A stretch of DNA of 64,000 nt, taken from positions 868,001-932,000 of the forward strand of contig NC_045707.1 of NCBI RefSeq assembly GCF_009834535.1. Reading direction: 5' to 3'. The DNA comes from Camelus ferus (lineage: Eukaryota). Made by a program: the position numbers and the translations under genes. Below are positions 11,250 to 21,694 of this stretch, in pieces (positions within the stretch are counted from its first letter, which is position 1; every line of letters begins with the position of its first letter). The notes below the pieces were generated by a model. That model saw only the letters and a program-made list of their open reading frames with translations, was not told the DNA's origin and made no database searches.

Positions 11250-11382
11250 GGGGAGAGGGTATAGCTTAAGTGCTTAGCATGCATGAGGGCCTGGGTTCAA
11301 TCCCCAGTACCTCCTCTAAAAATAAACACATAAATAAATAAATCTAATTACCTCCCCTCTAAAAAATGTTAAAAAACAAAAC
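11250..11382 (+). mobile_element. Camelid tRNA-Ala SINE (Vic-1 type) with internal deletion
   Basis: GGGAGAGGGTATAGCTTAAGTGCTTAGCATGCATGAGG..GTTCAATCCCCAGTACCTCC; TSD-like AAAATCTCTC at 11238-11247 and 11383-11392. Confidence 0.88.
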
Positions 11383-11564
11383 AAAATCTCTCATGTCAAA
11401 ACAAAATTAAGATTTTGGGCATGTGTGAGAGAATAAATTAATGCACTCACATCATAAACGATTCAGGAAATACATGATAAGAACATAAAGTACTGAGAAT
11501 TGCCTGTCATCCCACCACTCAGATAACCCTACTAATACTTGTGTGTACAGGGTTTCCTGGACAC

Positions 11565-11790
11565 TTCCAGTGTGGTGGGCACTGTTCTAAGTGTTCTACA
11601 TGTCTTATTTCATTCAACCCTCCAAATGACCCTAAAAGGTAGATATTATTCTTATCTCTCTTTTATAAATGACAGAGTTGAGGCATAAAGAAGTTAGATG
11701 CATTTCTTAAGAGCACACAACTAATACATGTGAAGTCTCGGTTTTAACTGAAGTCGTCTGTCTGGCTCTAGGATGCACAGTCTTGAGAAC
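11565..11790 (-). mobile_element. MIR SINE
   Basis: GGGCACTGTTCTAAGTG..TCATTCAACCCTC..TTTTATAAATGACAGAGTTGAGGCATAAAGAAGTTA. Confidence 0.75.
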
Positions 11791-12329
11791 TGTATCATTC
11801 TACTACATAGATGCATAATATTTTACATATACTTTGCCGGGATGTTCATCACTCACCTCAGGAAACAGTACAGTGGAACTGCCTTTGTTGAGTTTTTACA
11901 GAACTCACTAAAATGCCTCTGAAAGTATCTGGGGAAGTCAATCCTATTACTCTGTTTCAATTGCTAGTCCCTCTTAGTCTTCTCCCTGGACAACCAGACT
12001 CCTTGAGTCGTTGACCGAAGGGGTCGAGACTTTGGCAAGTAATGTCTTTCCTAGCTAAGGTGTTTCTTATTAATAATTTTTGATTATTAATACAATCAAA
12101 GGTTTTGGGTGTGCATGTGAGAGAATAAATTAATACACTCACTTTGTAAAAGATTCAGGAAATACATCATAATAAAAAGTAGTGACAATAGACCATCATC
12201 CCACCAGTCAGATAACTGTATTAATACTTGGATGTATATGATAATTTTTTATGTTGATAATTTTGATAAAGTTGATGGTTTTTTTATGAATATAGAGGGC
12301 CATGTGAAGGAATTAAAGGAAACAATTTT

Positions 12330-12530
12330 TATTTCAGGACTGTTTCGTGTCTAGCACTTGACATGTTATTTCACAAGGCCCCATGCAGGTGGATATTATT
12401 ATTTCCATTTTTTTCAGAAGTCACATGTCCTTAGGGCATACAGCTGGAAGTGGCAGACTAAAATTTGAACCCATGCAGGTCTAACTTTAAAGTCCATTTT
12501 TCCTTCGCTACTCTGTACCATCCTCTACTG
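12330..12530 (-). mobile_element. MIR SINE
   Basis: GGTGGATATTATTATTTCCATTTT..CAGCTGGAAGTGGCAGA..ATTTGAACCCATGCAGGTCT. Confidence 0.7.
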
Positions 12531-12789
12531 AACAATACCACTAATTATAACTGAAAGGGTAACCATCACATAATTTTGTCAGAAGAGTTATGAGCTAGCT
12601 GATGAGAGTGCTCCATGTTCTTTCTGGTGGGCATCACTGGGAGATACATGGGCATAAGGTAAGTTGAGTGATTTACAGGTGCACTCACTTTCCATCACAA
12701 GGACTGTCTTTGAAAAAGTGAGTGTAAGTTCAAGTTTTGACAATGGTAATTTTGAAATGCATTTAAGGGGCTATTTAAGGGGCTTCTAT

Positions 12790-13150
12790 TATGTGATCCA
12801 TAGTTTTGAAGCACTAAGTAAATGTCTTTTGAATGAATGAATTTACTGAACAAATACTATGTCACAAGAGACAGATGCTGGACAGGAGGTAATTCTGAGA
12901 TAAATAAAATTCAGTTCTTATGTTCAGGAATTGCAGGGTCTGAAGGGAAGACAAATACGGAAACAGATATAAACAATGGTGAAATCAATGCAACCAAAAG
13001 GCGTTCTCTTTCATTGTTTCTATTATCCATTTATTCAAAGTATTTAATGTTTAACTACTATTCTGAGCCATGCTGTAACCTTAAAGCTGGATATATAGTG
13101 GAGATAAAAAAAAGAGATATGGACCCTGGGGCCCTTGACCGTATGGTCTT
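12790..13150. mobile_element. Cluster of L2 3' tails (one sense, two antisense)
   Basis: ..AAATGTCTTTTGAATGAATGAA runs directly into ATTTACTGAACAAATACTATG..; a second antisense tail ATCCATTTATTCAAAGTATTTAA.. Confidence 0.6.
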
Positions 13151-13184
13151 CCCATGCGTGTCTGCGTGGTGGGCAGCATACTAT

Positions 13185-13395
13185 GATATCTGAGTGTGTA
13201 GGTTCTAGCCCCACACTGCGCGGGTTCAGGTTCTCCCACTTGGTAGTTCTGCGAGCTTGGGTGGACTGGTTAACTTTTCTGTGCCTTAGTTCCTCCATCC
13301 TGTGGATTTAAACGTCTACTTCATAGAACTGTTTTGAGGATCAATTAATTAATATCTGAAAACAATAGATTAGTGACCCTCTCATAGTAAGGACA
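13185..13395 (+). mobile_element. MIR SINE
   Basis: TTAACTTTTCTGTGCCTTAGTTCCTCCATC..CTACTTCATAGAACTGTTTTGAGGATCAATTAA. Confidence 0.75.
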
Positions 13396-15561
13396 GAATG
13401 GTATCCATCAGTTAAACAAATAGAATTGTACGTAATAAACTTGGGTTGTCTGAGTTTTGGCCAAATCCACATTCCACATTTACTGTGTCTTATCTTTAAA
13501 TTGATGCATATTTTACACTTCAGTGTTCATCCATGTAATCACAGCACGAATAAGCCAAATATTACTGTCTGGGATGCACTGGCATAGATGCAGTGATCGC
13601 ACAGGGCATCCCCTTGTGAAGCTCTCGTTGATCCCCGGGAAGAATCAGCAGCTCCATCCTCTGTGCTCCCACAGCACTTTGTGCCAAAAATTCTATTAAG
13701 TGCTCATCAGAATGCCTAGAATTCAATCCTCATTCTTAGCCAGTTGGCCAATATGAGGCTGATCCTTTGGTTCACCCCGCTCCATAAGCCCAGTCCTATA
13801 AATACTGAGAGTAAGAAATAGTCCACCTGTTAAGACACTAAAAGCACTTAGAAAAGCTCATTGCACAAAGCACTCCATAACTGTCAGATACCATTACATG
13901 TGCATCCATGCACCTGTGTTCATCAAGAGAATGGACACAGAGCTGACACTCCCGAGATAAGGGACGTGCCCTCTTGAGCTTTGAGAGAGCTCCATTGGAA
14001 TAAGCGGGGGCAGAGTGAGGGCAGATGTGTGTTTGGGGTGGATGAGGAGCAAAGGGTCACGTTCTGGAGCTGGTTCTGACTCTTCATTTTTATCAGGCAT
14101 AGAGGAGAGGGGCAGAAGCTCACCTCTGCTGCTTGAGTGGCCAGGGGTTGACCGAATTCACAGGTGTGGGTGCAGAAGAGAGGAAATGAGTAACTTCTTA
14201 TCTCGGGGAGTCAGGAGGAAGTCATGTCTCTACTGATTTCAAAGGATGTAGGAAGAGGTTCAACAGGCAACCAGCGATGGAAATTCACAGAAAGAACAGC
14301 ACAGAAACAAAGGCACCCAACGGCATGACATGTTTGGTTAATTACTGACATTTTGACAGTATTTGAATATAGTAGATAAACTGAGAGTTTCAAGAGAAGA
14401 GGCTGTGGAGGCATGGAGCTGGGCATTAAGGTCCTCAAAGTTCCCAAGCACTCCTGGGTATCTTTAAAAGGTAGAAAAAGAATAAATTAGCCCCCATGCC
14501 AAACCACTGTGGCTGAGTGCATTCTGAAACACATTTCTTCAAACAAAATCTTTTTTTTTCTCCATACTTGTGCAATAACCAGTCTGAAGAATCTGGCATT
14601 TAAAGACACAAATGTTTCTGAAATACCCTACCACAGCAAAGTATCTGAAAATGTTTCTTAATTGTTAAAAAAGAAAAGATTTCTGTATGTGCTTGGAACG
14701 AGGTTTTTTAAACACCACCCTTGAAACACACCGTGGTTTCTGGTCGCAAGTGGCTGAGGCTGGCGGTGCTAAGTGGTTTGATAGAGATGCGTGTGCCTCT
14801 CTCTTGCACATCACGCCTCCACTTCAGTGTACGATTTTATTTTTTCTGTTGAGTGAGTGCCTAAAAAGTTGCCATAGACATACAGCCCAGCACGAGGAAG
14901 GGTCACAGAGGATATCAGCACGGCCTCTCTGTAACCAGCCTGGCGGGGCCTTCGCAGAATCCTTTGGTCGATATGCGCTTTAATCTATCCAACGTGGATG
15001 AGCTCTGAGTGCACTGACCAGAGCCACGGCCTCTCCAGTCAGCTTCAGTCAAATACAAGTCCCTGAACAGCTTCGCATGGAAAGAAAACTTCTGCAAAGG
15101 AGTTGAGAAGAGAGAGGAAGGCCATGCTCATATTATAATTGAATGTAAAGCAGTAATGTACTGGATTCCATTCTGGGCTGTGGGCCAGTGCCTGTCCCTC
15201 TGCTGCCACACCCCCTTTGAGCAACGCTCCCTGCCCTGGGAACCCGGCTCTCAGTGTTTGCTGGACTTGCCCCTCCCTGAGTGCACATACCCATTAGGTT
15301 GTTGGCAAGTTAGCTCTTGGGTATCTGCTGTTTTCAACTTCTAATGTTCATTGTCATTGTTGCGTCCCTTTCAGCACCAACGTACTTCAGGTGTCCTGAA
15401 GTGCCTATAGCTCCTGGAACATGGCAAGCACTCATCCCTTTGGGATTCTGCCTGTGCCGCTCCTGCTGTTTAGAATGCTCGTCCCTCTGTTAGAGCAGAC
15501 AGATAACAAATACGAGCAGAGAAAGAGGAGCATGGGGCAAATGGCAGGGACCCACACATCC

Positions 15562-16091
15562 TGTGAACAGTGGGGATCCTTGGGCAGACAGAGAAAAGCA
15601 GGAACCTCTGGACTGATAAGAAATCACACATTTTGGGGTGACAAGTGTCCTGGAGGCAGACAAAGAAAGGTAGGGAAAAGGCAGGAATCTCCAGTATGTA
15701 ATTGTAACACTTTGCTCCTTATGCCCTCATTACAATAAAATTAGCCTTGCAGATAAGAAGTACCCATCATGCACCGAGACCATGACACTTCCGATCAAGA
15801 CTAAATAAGGGCAAAATTCCCTCCTTCTCTCGGGAAGGTGGAGCTGGGATGAAAATCAGGGAATATGACCCCAAACCCTTCCCTCCCCAATGAATATTTT
15901 GCCCATTCATTTTACACCTTGTGTAACCAGCTTGCTGAAGAAACTCAGGGCAGCTGCTCACCTGAGTCTGCCCACTCTCCCCTTGAGAGCATCCTATCAC
16001 TTAATAAATCCTCACTTTACTTTCTTAACCTCCGTGTCTTCATCTCGGAATTCTTTCTGTGATAAGACAAGAGCCTACTCTCTGGTAAACA
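15562..16091 (+). mobile_element. ERV1-like solo LTR
   Basis: TG..CA termini; AATAAA at 16003-16008; U5-like GAATTCTTTCTGTGATAAGACAAGAGCC..GGTAAACA; 5-bp flanks CATCC/CCTCC (one mismatch). The left boundary is less certain. Confidence 0.7.
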
Positions 16092-16110
16092 CCTCCAATT
16101 GTTCTTAGTC

Positions 16111-16498
16111 TGTATTAGTCTGCCAGGCTGCTATTAAAAAAAAAAAATACCCTAGATTGGGTGGTTCAAACAATAGGGATTTATTTCTCACAGTCCTGGA
16201 GGCTGGGAAGTCCAAGTTGAAGGTGCCGGCCAATTCAGTTCCTGGTAAAAACTCTCTTCCTGGTTTTCAGAGGGCCACTGTCTCTCTGTGTCCTCACGTG
16301 GCTGAGAGAGTGATCTTTCTTCCTCTTTTTATAAAGCTGCTAACCCCATCTTAATGATGGGCCCCATCCTCATGACCTCATCTAACCCTAATCACCTCCA
16401 AAAGTCCACCTCCAAATACCATCCCATTGGTGGGGAGTTGGGAGTTCAGACTTCAACATACAAATTTGTGAGGGAGGAATACAATTCCGTTCATAACA
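16111..16498 (-). mobile_element. ERVL-MaLR solo LTR, MLT1A-like
   Basis: TGTATTAGTCTGCCAGGCTGC..TTATTTCTCACAGTCCTGGAGGCTGGGAAGTCCAAG..CCTCATGACCTCATCTAACCCTAATCACCTCC..TCATAACA. Confidence 0.9.
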
Positions 16499-16499
16499 T

Positions 16500-16760
16500 A
16501 GCTCAGGTCTTTCTTGTCCTTCCCATCTTGGTTCAGACGTCAATTCCTTCAGAAAGCCTTTTGCAACTCTCTCAACATGAGTTGAGTTCCCTCTCTGCAA
16601 ATATGTCTTTATACCACACATCGCACTGCTCCACTGCAGACACATTATTTGTCCTCTTCCTCATTAGACTGTGAGTCCCTTGAGAGAGGGGCCTTGTCCT
16701 TTGTTCCTATTCCCAGTGAACATAATATGTAGTAAGTGTTCAATAAAAGATTCAGTGAGA
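16500..16760 (+). mobile_element. L2 3' portion
   Basis: CCTTCAGAAAGCCTTT..ATTAGACTGTGAGTCCCTTGAGAGAGGG..GTAGTAAGTGTTCAATAAA. Confidence 0.7.
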
Positions 16761-17858
16761 GCAGGAGACATGCAATTACTCTGAAAAGAAAAGCATAGCA
16801 GAAGAGATGATGGCCCACTTCTTGAATGGGTGTTATGGATGTCAGCTTACACCCCAAGCACCGGGAGGGCAGCTTTTGGTAGGAGGTGATCACTAACCAA
16901 CCTTCTAACCTGGGCAGTGGAGGAAACTAGCTCTTACGTCTGTTCAGTGGGACCTTGAATTTTCAGCCAACGTGTTCAGTTTCATCCCTGTATAATCACT
17001 TTTTCTTTTGAATCCACCAATTTAGGTCAAAGCTTATCTCTGAACTCAGGAAAGCAGATCCTGGGGGCAAAGCCTCCATGAGTAACTATGCATAGATCAG
17101 GACGGGAGAACCCTTTGTTCGCAAATCCCCTACAGCTCACAACTTTTTGTTCTTTTCATTCTTTCTCTAACAAGCCTACGTCTTCAGGCAATGTGGATGC
17201 TCCTAATAGGCAGGAAGGAAACTCATAGACTCCAAGATGGGAAGAGAGATGGTCTAGTTACTGCTTTGTCCTGGCACATAATAGTTACTTAGTAAATATT
17301 TATTTAGTGGATGAATGACTAAACATTTTCTCCCTCTGTTTTTTTCCTTAGCAGAATTTTGCATTTCCCCTTCCCCAAGAATATTACCAAGGTTTGCCTA
17401 GGAATTCCCTTCACCCCACACCAACTACGGGGGAGTTTCAGGGGTTCCGGGGGCATATCCTTTAGACCCGGAAGCATTTTGCTTTGTGGATGGCACTCTC
17501 TCAAAGTACGGTTAGTAACTGAGTCTAGACTCCTTTCTTTGGGACCAATTACTTGTACACATCCCAATTCCATACTGGAGTCCATGGTCCTACCTCTTTG
17601 GGGACCCATATTCCTCTTGGTGACTCCAGGTGTTTTCAGCCTCCACTCTTGTACACTGGAAGGTTCCGAAGGGTCCCTTCAAGAACTAAACCCCTGGAAC
17701 CCTGCAGTCCAAGTCACTCCACACTCCTGTCTCTGTGATTTGACTCCCTGCTGCACTGTCTTCCCAGTGTTCTAGGGAGTTAGGGGTAGCGATGCTGAGT
17801 TTCTCCCTGAATGTTTCTGTTATGTTTGTGCCTCTTGCCTGGTCACACCCCATCAGAC

Positions 17859-17861
<3 letters not shown>

Positions 17862-17911
<50 letters not shown>
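17862..17911 (+). repeat. (GT)25 microsatellite
   Basis: 25 perfect GT units read directly. Confidence 0.97.
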
Positions 17912-17914
<3 letters not shown>

Positions 17915-17984
17915 TCTCCGTGGGCTACAGCCGTGTTTCTCAGTCCTGGTTTGTTTCAGTGTGACATAAATTGGAGTCCCTAAT

Positions 17985-18075
17985 ACAGCCACCAGTATTA
18001 CCCAGAAGCTTGTAAGAAATACAGATTCACAGGCTCCACCCCAGGTCTCCTGATTCAGAGTCAGGGAGAGGGGTG
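17985..18075 (+). mobile_element. MER5A-like hAT-Charlie fragment
   Basis: CAGAAGCTTGTAAGAAATACAGATTCACAGGCTCCACCCCAG..CTGATTCAGAG. Confidence 0.65.
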
Positions 18076-19003
18076 AGGGAGAAGGGGGAGAAACACTGGG
18101 GTCTAGACTGAGTTTGTGGGCTCCCGGGTTCCACCGCCTCTCTATACTTGGAATTTCAGGGCAGGCTGCCAAGCTTCCTGAACACGAGCCAGGGAGTGGG
18201 TTTCCCACCACTGGCTGTATTTCCTTGTCCAGTGTTCCCTAGCAAGCCATGGTTCCCATTTCGCACACTCGCTTATTCAAGTCTCTGTAATTCCACACCA
18301 CATCAGTTAGTTTGGATGCGCCAAACTTTTTCTAAAATTAGCTACATATTAAATAATTCTCCCGAGGCCTCATCTCCCAAAGCAGAGAACCATGGGTGGT
18401 CCAGTTTCCCATGTGGACATGGGAAAACAAGGAGCAAAACCAGTGGCATTGTTCTTGAGGGCGTTATAGGATGCACCAGGAACGCCCAGGGCTGACACTG
18501 CCAGTGTCTTCTGCTCTAGGAAAAGCGACCCCAGCCTCAGTTGGGATCAGCTGAATCTCTCCAGCAGATGGGTGGTTCAGAGGCAGGCATGGATTTCTTC
18601 CTGGCTCAAGTATGGTCTGCATCAGGCTTCACAACCTGAAACTGGAGTGGAGTGAATTTGAGCGTAGACCATCCTGCATGACAAGGAAATCTACCAAGTA
18701 GGGAGTACTTTGCTGCCACGCTCTCTCTTTCTTGGACTCGCATGGGGCCTCTGCATATCCTTTGTCGTGGTTGCAGCCTTAGGATGACCTCATGAGATTG
18801 CTGGTCTGGGGGGTTATAATCAGCCCTGTGGGGGCAGGGGATCACTGCTCACAGATTCCTAAGAATCCCAGACGTGCCCCCTGAATCGAGGAGTTGCATG
18901 TTCACTCACGCTGCTGCTGGAGCTTCTTTATTTTTCCAAGACTATTCTTATCATCCATGTGTCTCCTCATTGGGTGGATCTGATCCAATAATCAAAGTAT
19001 CAT

Positions 19004-19098
19004 GTTTGTTTGTTTTTTCCTTTATGGAGGAACTGGGGATTGAACCCAGGACCTCCCGTATGCTAAGCACATGCTCTCCCACTGATCTGTATCTCACG
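19004..19098 (-). mobile_element. Short tRNA-Ala-derived retroposon (tRNA head plus A-rich tail only)
   Basis: Reverse complement reads ..TCAGTGGGAGAGCATGTGCTTAGCATACGGGAGGTCCTGGGTTCAATCCCCAGTTCCTCCA then TAAAGGAAAAAACAAAC; lacks the CTAATTACC tail segment. Confidence 0.8.
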
Positions 19099-19124
19099 CT
19101 GGAAGTCTGGTTTTAAGCTCCTTC

Positions 19125-19256
19125 ACTTTTGTGTGTGTGTGTTGGGGGGGTAGTTAGGTTTATTTATTTACTTGTTTCTGAATGGAGGTACTGGAGACTG
19201 AACCCAAGACCTCGTGCATGTTAGGCAGGCGCTCTACCCTGAGCTACACCCTCCCC
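19125..19256 (-). mobile_element. Camelid tRNA-Ala SINE (Vic-1 type) with 11-bp TSD
   Basis: Antisense tRNA head plus tail; perfect TSD TAAGCTCCTTC at 19114-19124 and 19257-19267. Confidence 0.9.
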
Positions 19257-19531
19257 TAAGCTCCTTCTTTAGGTCTGATACTTCATTCCTTGATTTTTCA
19301 GAGCGCCGCCCTTCTCCTGTTTCTCTGCAAGTTAGAATCTGAGTAAAAAGGGAGAGGATGTCTTAGGTGACCTTCAAGAGGTGACTGGGCAGGAGGGAGA
19401 CAGGGCCTTTGAATTCATCTCAAATCTTTGGGCTCCTTGCTGGTAATTGCTGCAGGGAGGTGGGTCGGAGTATCTCCACGGACGTGCAGAGCCCTGAGGC
19501 ACACTTTGTCTGATGCCATCTGTTTTGTGTT

Positions 19532-20470
19532 TTTAATAAACTTTTAATTTTAGAACAGTTTTCGATTTACAGAATTATTGCAGAGATAGTACAGAAAGTT
19601 CCCATACACGGCACATCCCGTTTCCTCTATTTTTAACATCTTACATTAGTTTGGTGCATTTGTCACAATTAAGAAACCAATTCTGATACATTATTATTAA
19701 CTAAAGTCCACAGTTTGTTCAGATTTCCTCAGTTTCCCCCAGTGTCGTCTTTCTGTTCCAGGGTCCCACCCAGGACATCACATTATGTCTAGTCATCATG
19801 TCTCCATAGGCCCCTCTAGGCGGTGACGTTTTCTCAGACTTTCCTTGTTTTTAATGACCTTGGCAGTTTGGAGCAGTATTGGTCAGATGTTTTGTAGACT
19901 GTCCCCAGTTGGGATTTATCCCATGTGTCTTTCGTGATTAGACCAGGGTTATGGGTTTGGGGGAGGAAGATCCCAGAGGTAAAGTGTCATTTTTCATCAT
20001 TTCACATCAAGGGGACACACTGTCAATGTGACTTATTACTGTCGATGTTGACCTTGATCATCTGTCCAAGGTCACGTATGCCAGGCTTCTCCACTGTAAA
20101 CTTATCCCCTCCACTTTCCATACTGTCCTCTTTGGAAGGAAGTCACTATGCACAGCTGGCACTTAAAGAGTGGGAAATCATGCTCTGCGTGTTTGAGGGT
20201 GGAGTGTTTCCGAATATCATTTGGAATTTGTCTACATGGGAGAATTTTTCCTCTTCTCTCCCATTTACTTCTTCTCTCAGTGATTTGTATAGACTCATGG
20301 CCGTTTATTTTATAGTTTGGGTTATAATCGGACAGGACTGTGTTCTGTTGCTCAGGCTGTTCCAGCTTCCACCATTGGGAGCTCGTTCAGTGGCTCCTGC
20401 ATTCATTTGACATGCTCATTATTGTGTTCTTTGCTGGCTTTTGTTTGTTTGTTTTGCTTTGTTTTTTGGT
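19532..20470 (-). mobile_element. Old L1 3' UTR, L1MC-like
   Basis: TTTTAATTTTAGAACAGTTTTCGATTTACAGAA..GATAGTACAGAAAGTTCCCATA..CTAAAGTCCACAGTTT..GGAAGGAAGTCACTATGCACAGC. Confidence 0.85.
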
Positions 20471-20889
20471 GCTGTTTTTATGGGTTGATATGTGGGCTGA
20501 CACTGCTGGAGTCCGTGGTCCTGGTTACCTGCTTCTGCGGTCGTTTCGCTCCACTGCTAGGCTGCTGCTCTGCTGTTTCCCTGGGCAACTCTGTGGCCTC
20601 CCCCTGGAGCGTGTAGGTGTGCTCCTGGTCCCTTGGCCACAGGTACAGGCCACGGGGGCCCAGGAGTACTTCCTCCACCTCTCCACTCCCACGGCCATGG
20701 TGGTACCTTTGCCTCTATGCCACTTGCGTATGCCATGGAGCTGAAGATGGATTTGGGCAGCTGCAGCATCTCCCACCATCTTCCTCCAGGGTTTCCTAGC
20801 GTGTGATGGTTGGAGGTAAGCCCCTCTGAGCTCCCTTCTGCTCCGAGTTGAGAACTAGCTTGCAGGTGAATAGACTTGTCTATTGGGAT

Positions 20890-21030
20890 GAAGTTTGTCT
20901 GCATTCAGATACTAGGTTGGTGACTTTTTAGCTGTGTGGTCTTGGGCAAATTATTCATTCTTTCTCAGGTTCTGGTTGTTAATCACTAACATGGGCTTAA
21001 AATGCCTGGGGTAAAATTTAGGATTAGGTT
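20890..21030 (+). mobile_element. MIR SINE
   Basis: AGCTGTGTGGTCTTGGGCAAATTATT..TCTCAGGTTC. Confidence 0.65.
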
Positions 21031-21469
21031 TTGCTACTTAGGACCGAAAAGCCCAGATGCCACTGACTTAAATAAAGCCAAGGAAAAGAGGCTGAGAAAC
21101 GTTCTCTTTGCTCCCCTTTGCCTGATGATCAGGGCAGGCTCTGTCACCAAAGAAGGACATTGTGTGACAGTCGTCAGTGTCCGCCGTGTCCGCCGTGTCC
21201 GCCCTGTCCGAGGCAGGGTGCCCTGAGGATGAGAAAGAACATATGTCAACTGCCTGAGTATAGTAGGTACTCTGTCCTTATTTTACAGGAGGTAAATTTG
21301 TGAGGAGGTAGGACTTCAATATGGCAATAGGGAGGGACTGGGTTAGACCAGTCTCCTTAAGAGGGACTTCCTATAGGTGAATAGAATATGAATTTTAACT
21401 TCTATTAGTCAGCAGTAATCGGAAGAGCATCGTAAGACAGAACAGGGGAAAACAGGAAGAGAACAGTAA

Positions 21470-21690
21470 TGTGATGTGTTCACTGCTTGATCTGTGTTAT
21501 CTCATTCAGTTCTCACAATTGTCTTATGAGATAAATGTCTCTATTTTACTCTACTTTACCAATGAAGAAAATGAGACCTTGGACAGTTAACTGATCTGCC
21601 CCGTGGTCAGGTGACTCCTAAACAATTCAGGATTTACACTCAAGGATGTCAGGCTTTGAAGCCTGTGGTTCCAACCACTCGGCTATATTA
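21470..21690 (-). mobile_element. MIR SINE
   Basis: ATCTCATTCAGTTCTCACAA..CAATGAAGAAAATGAGACC..AGTTAACTGATCTGCCC..CAGGATTTACACTCAAG. Confidence 0.7.
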
Positions 21691-21694
21691 GCCA

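Noticed and set aside
20525-20779. RPL29 pseudogene suggested by the RKWHR motif
   Set aside because: Similarity is limited to five residues; the flanking sequence does not match RPL29.
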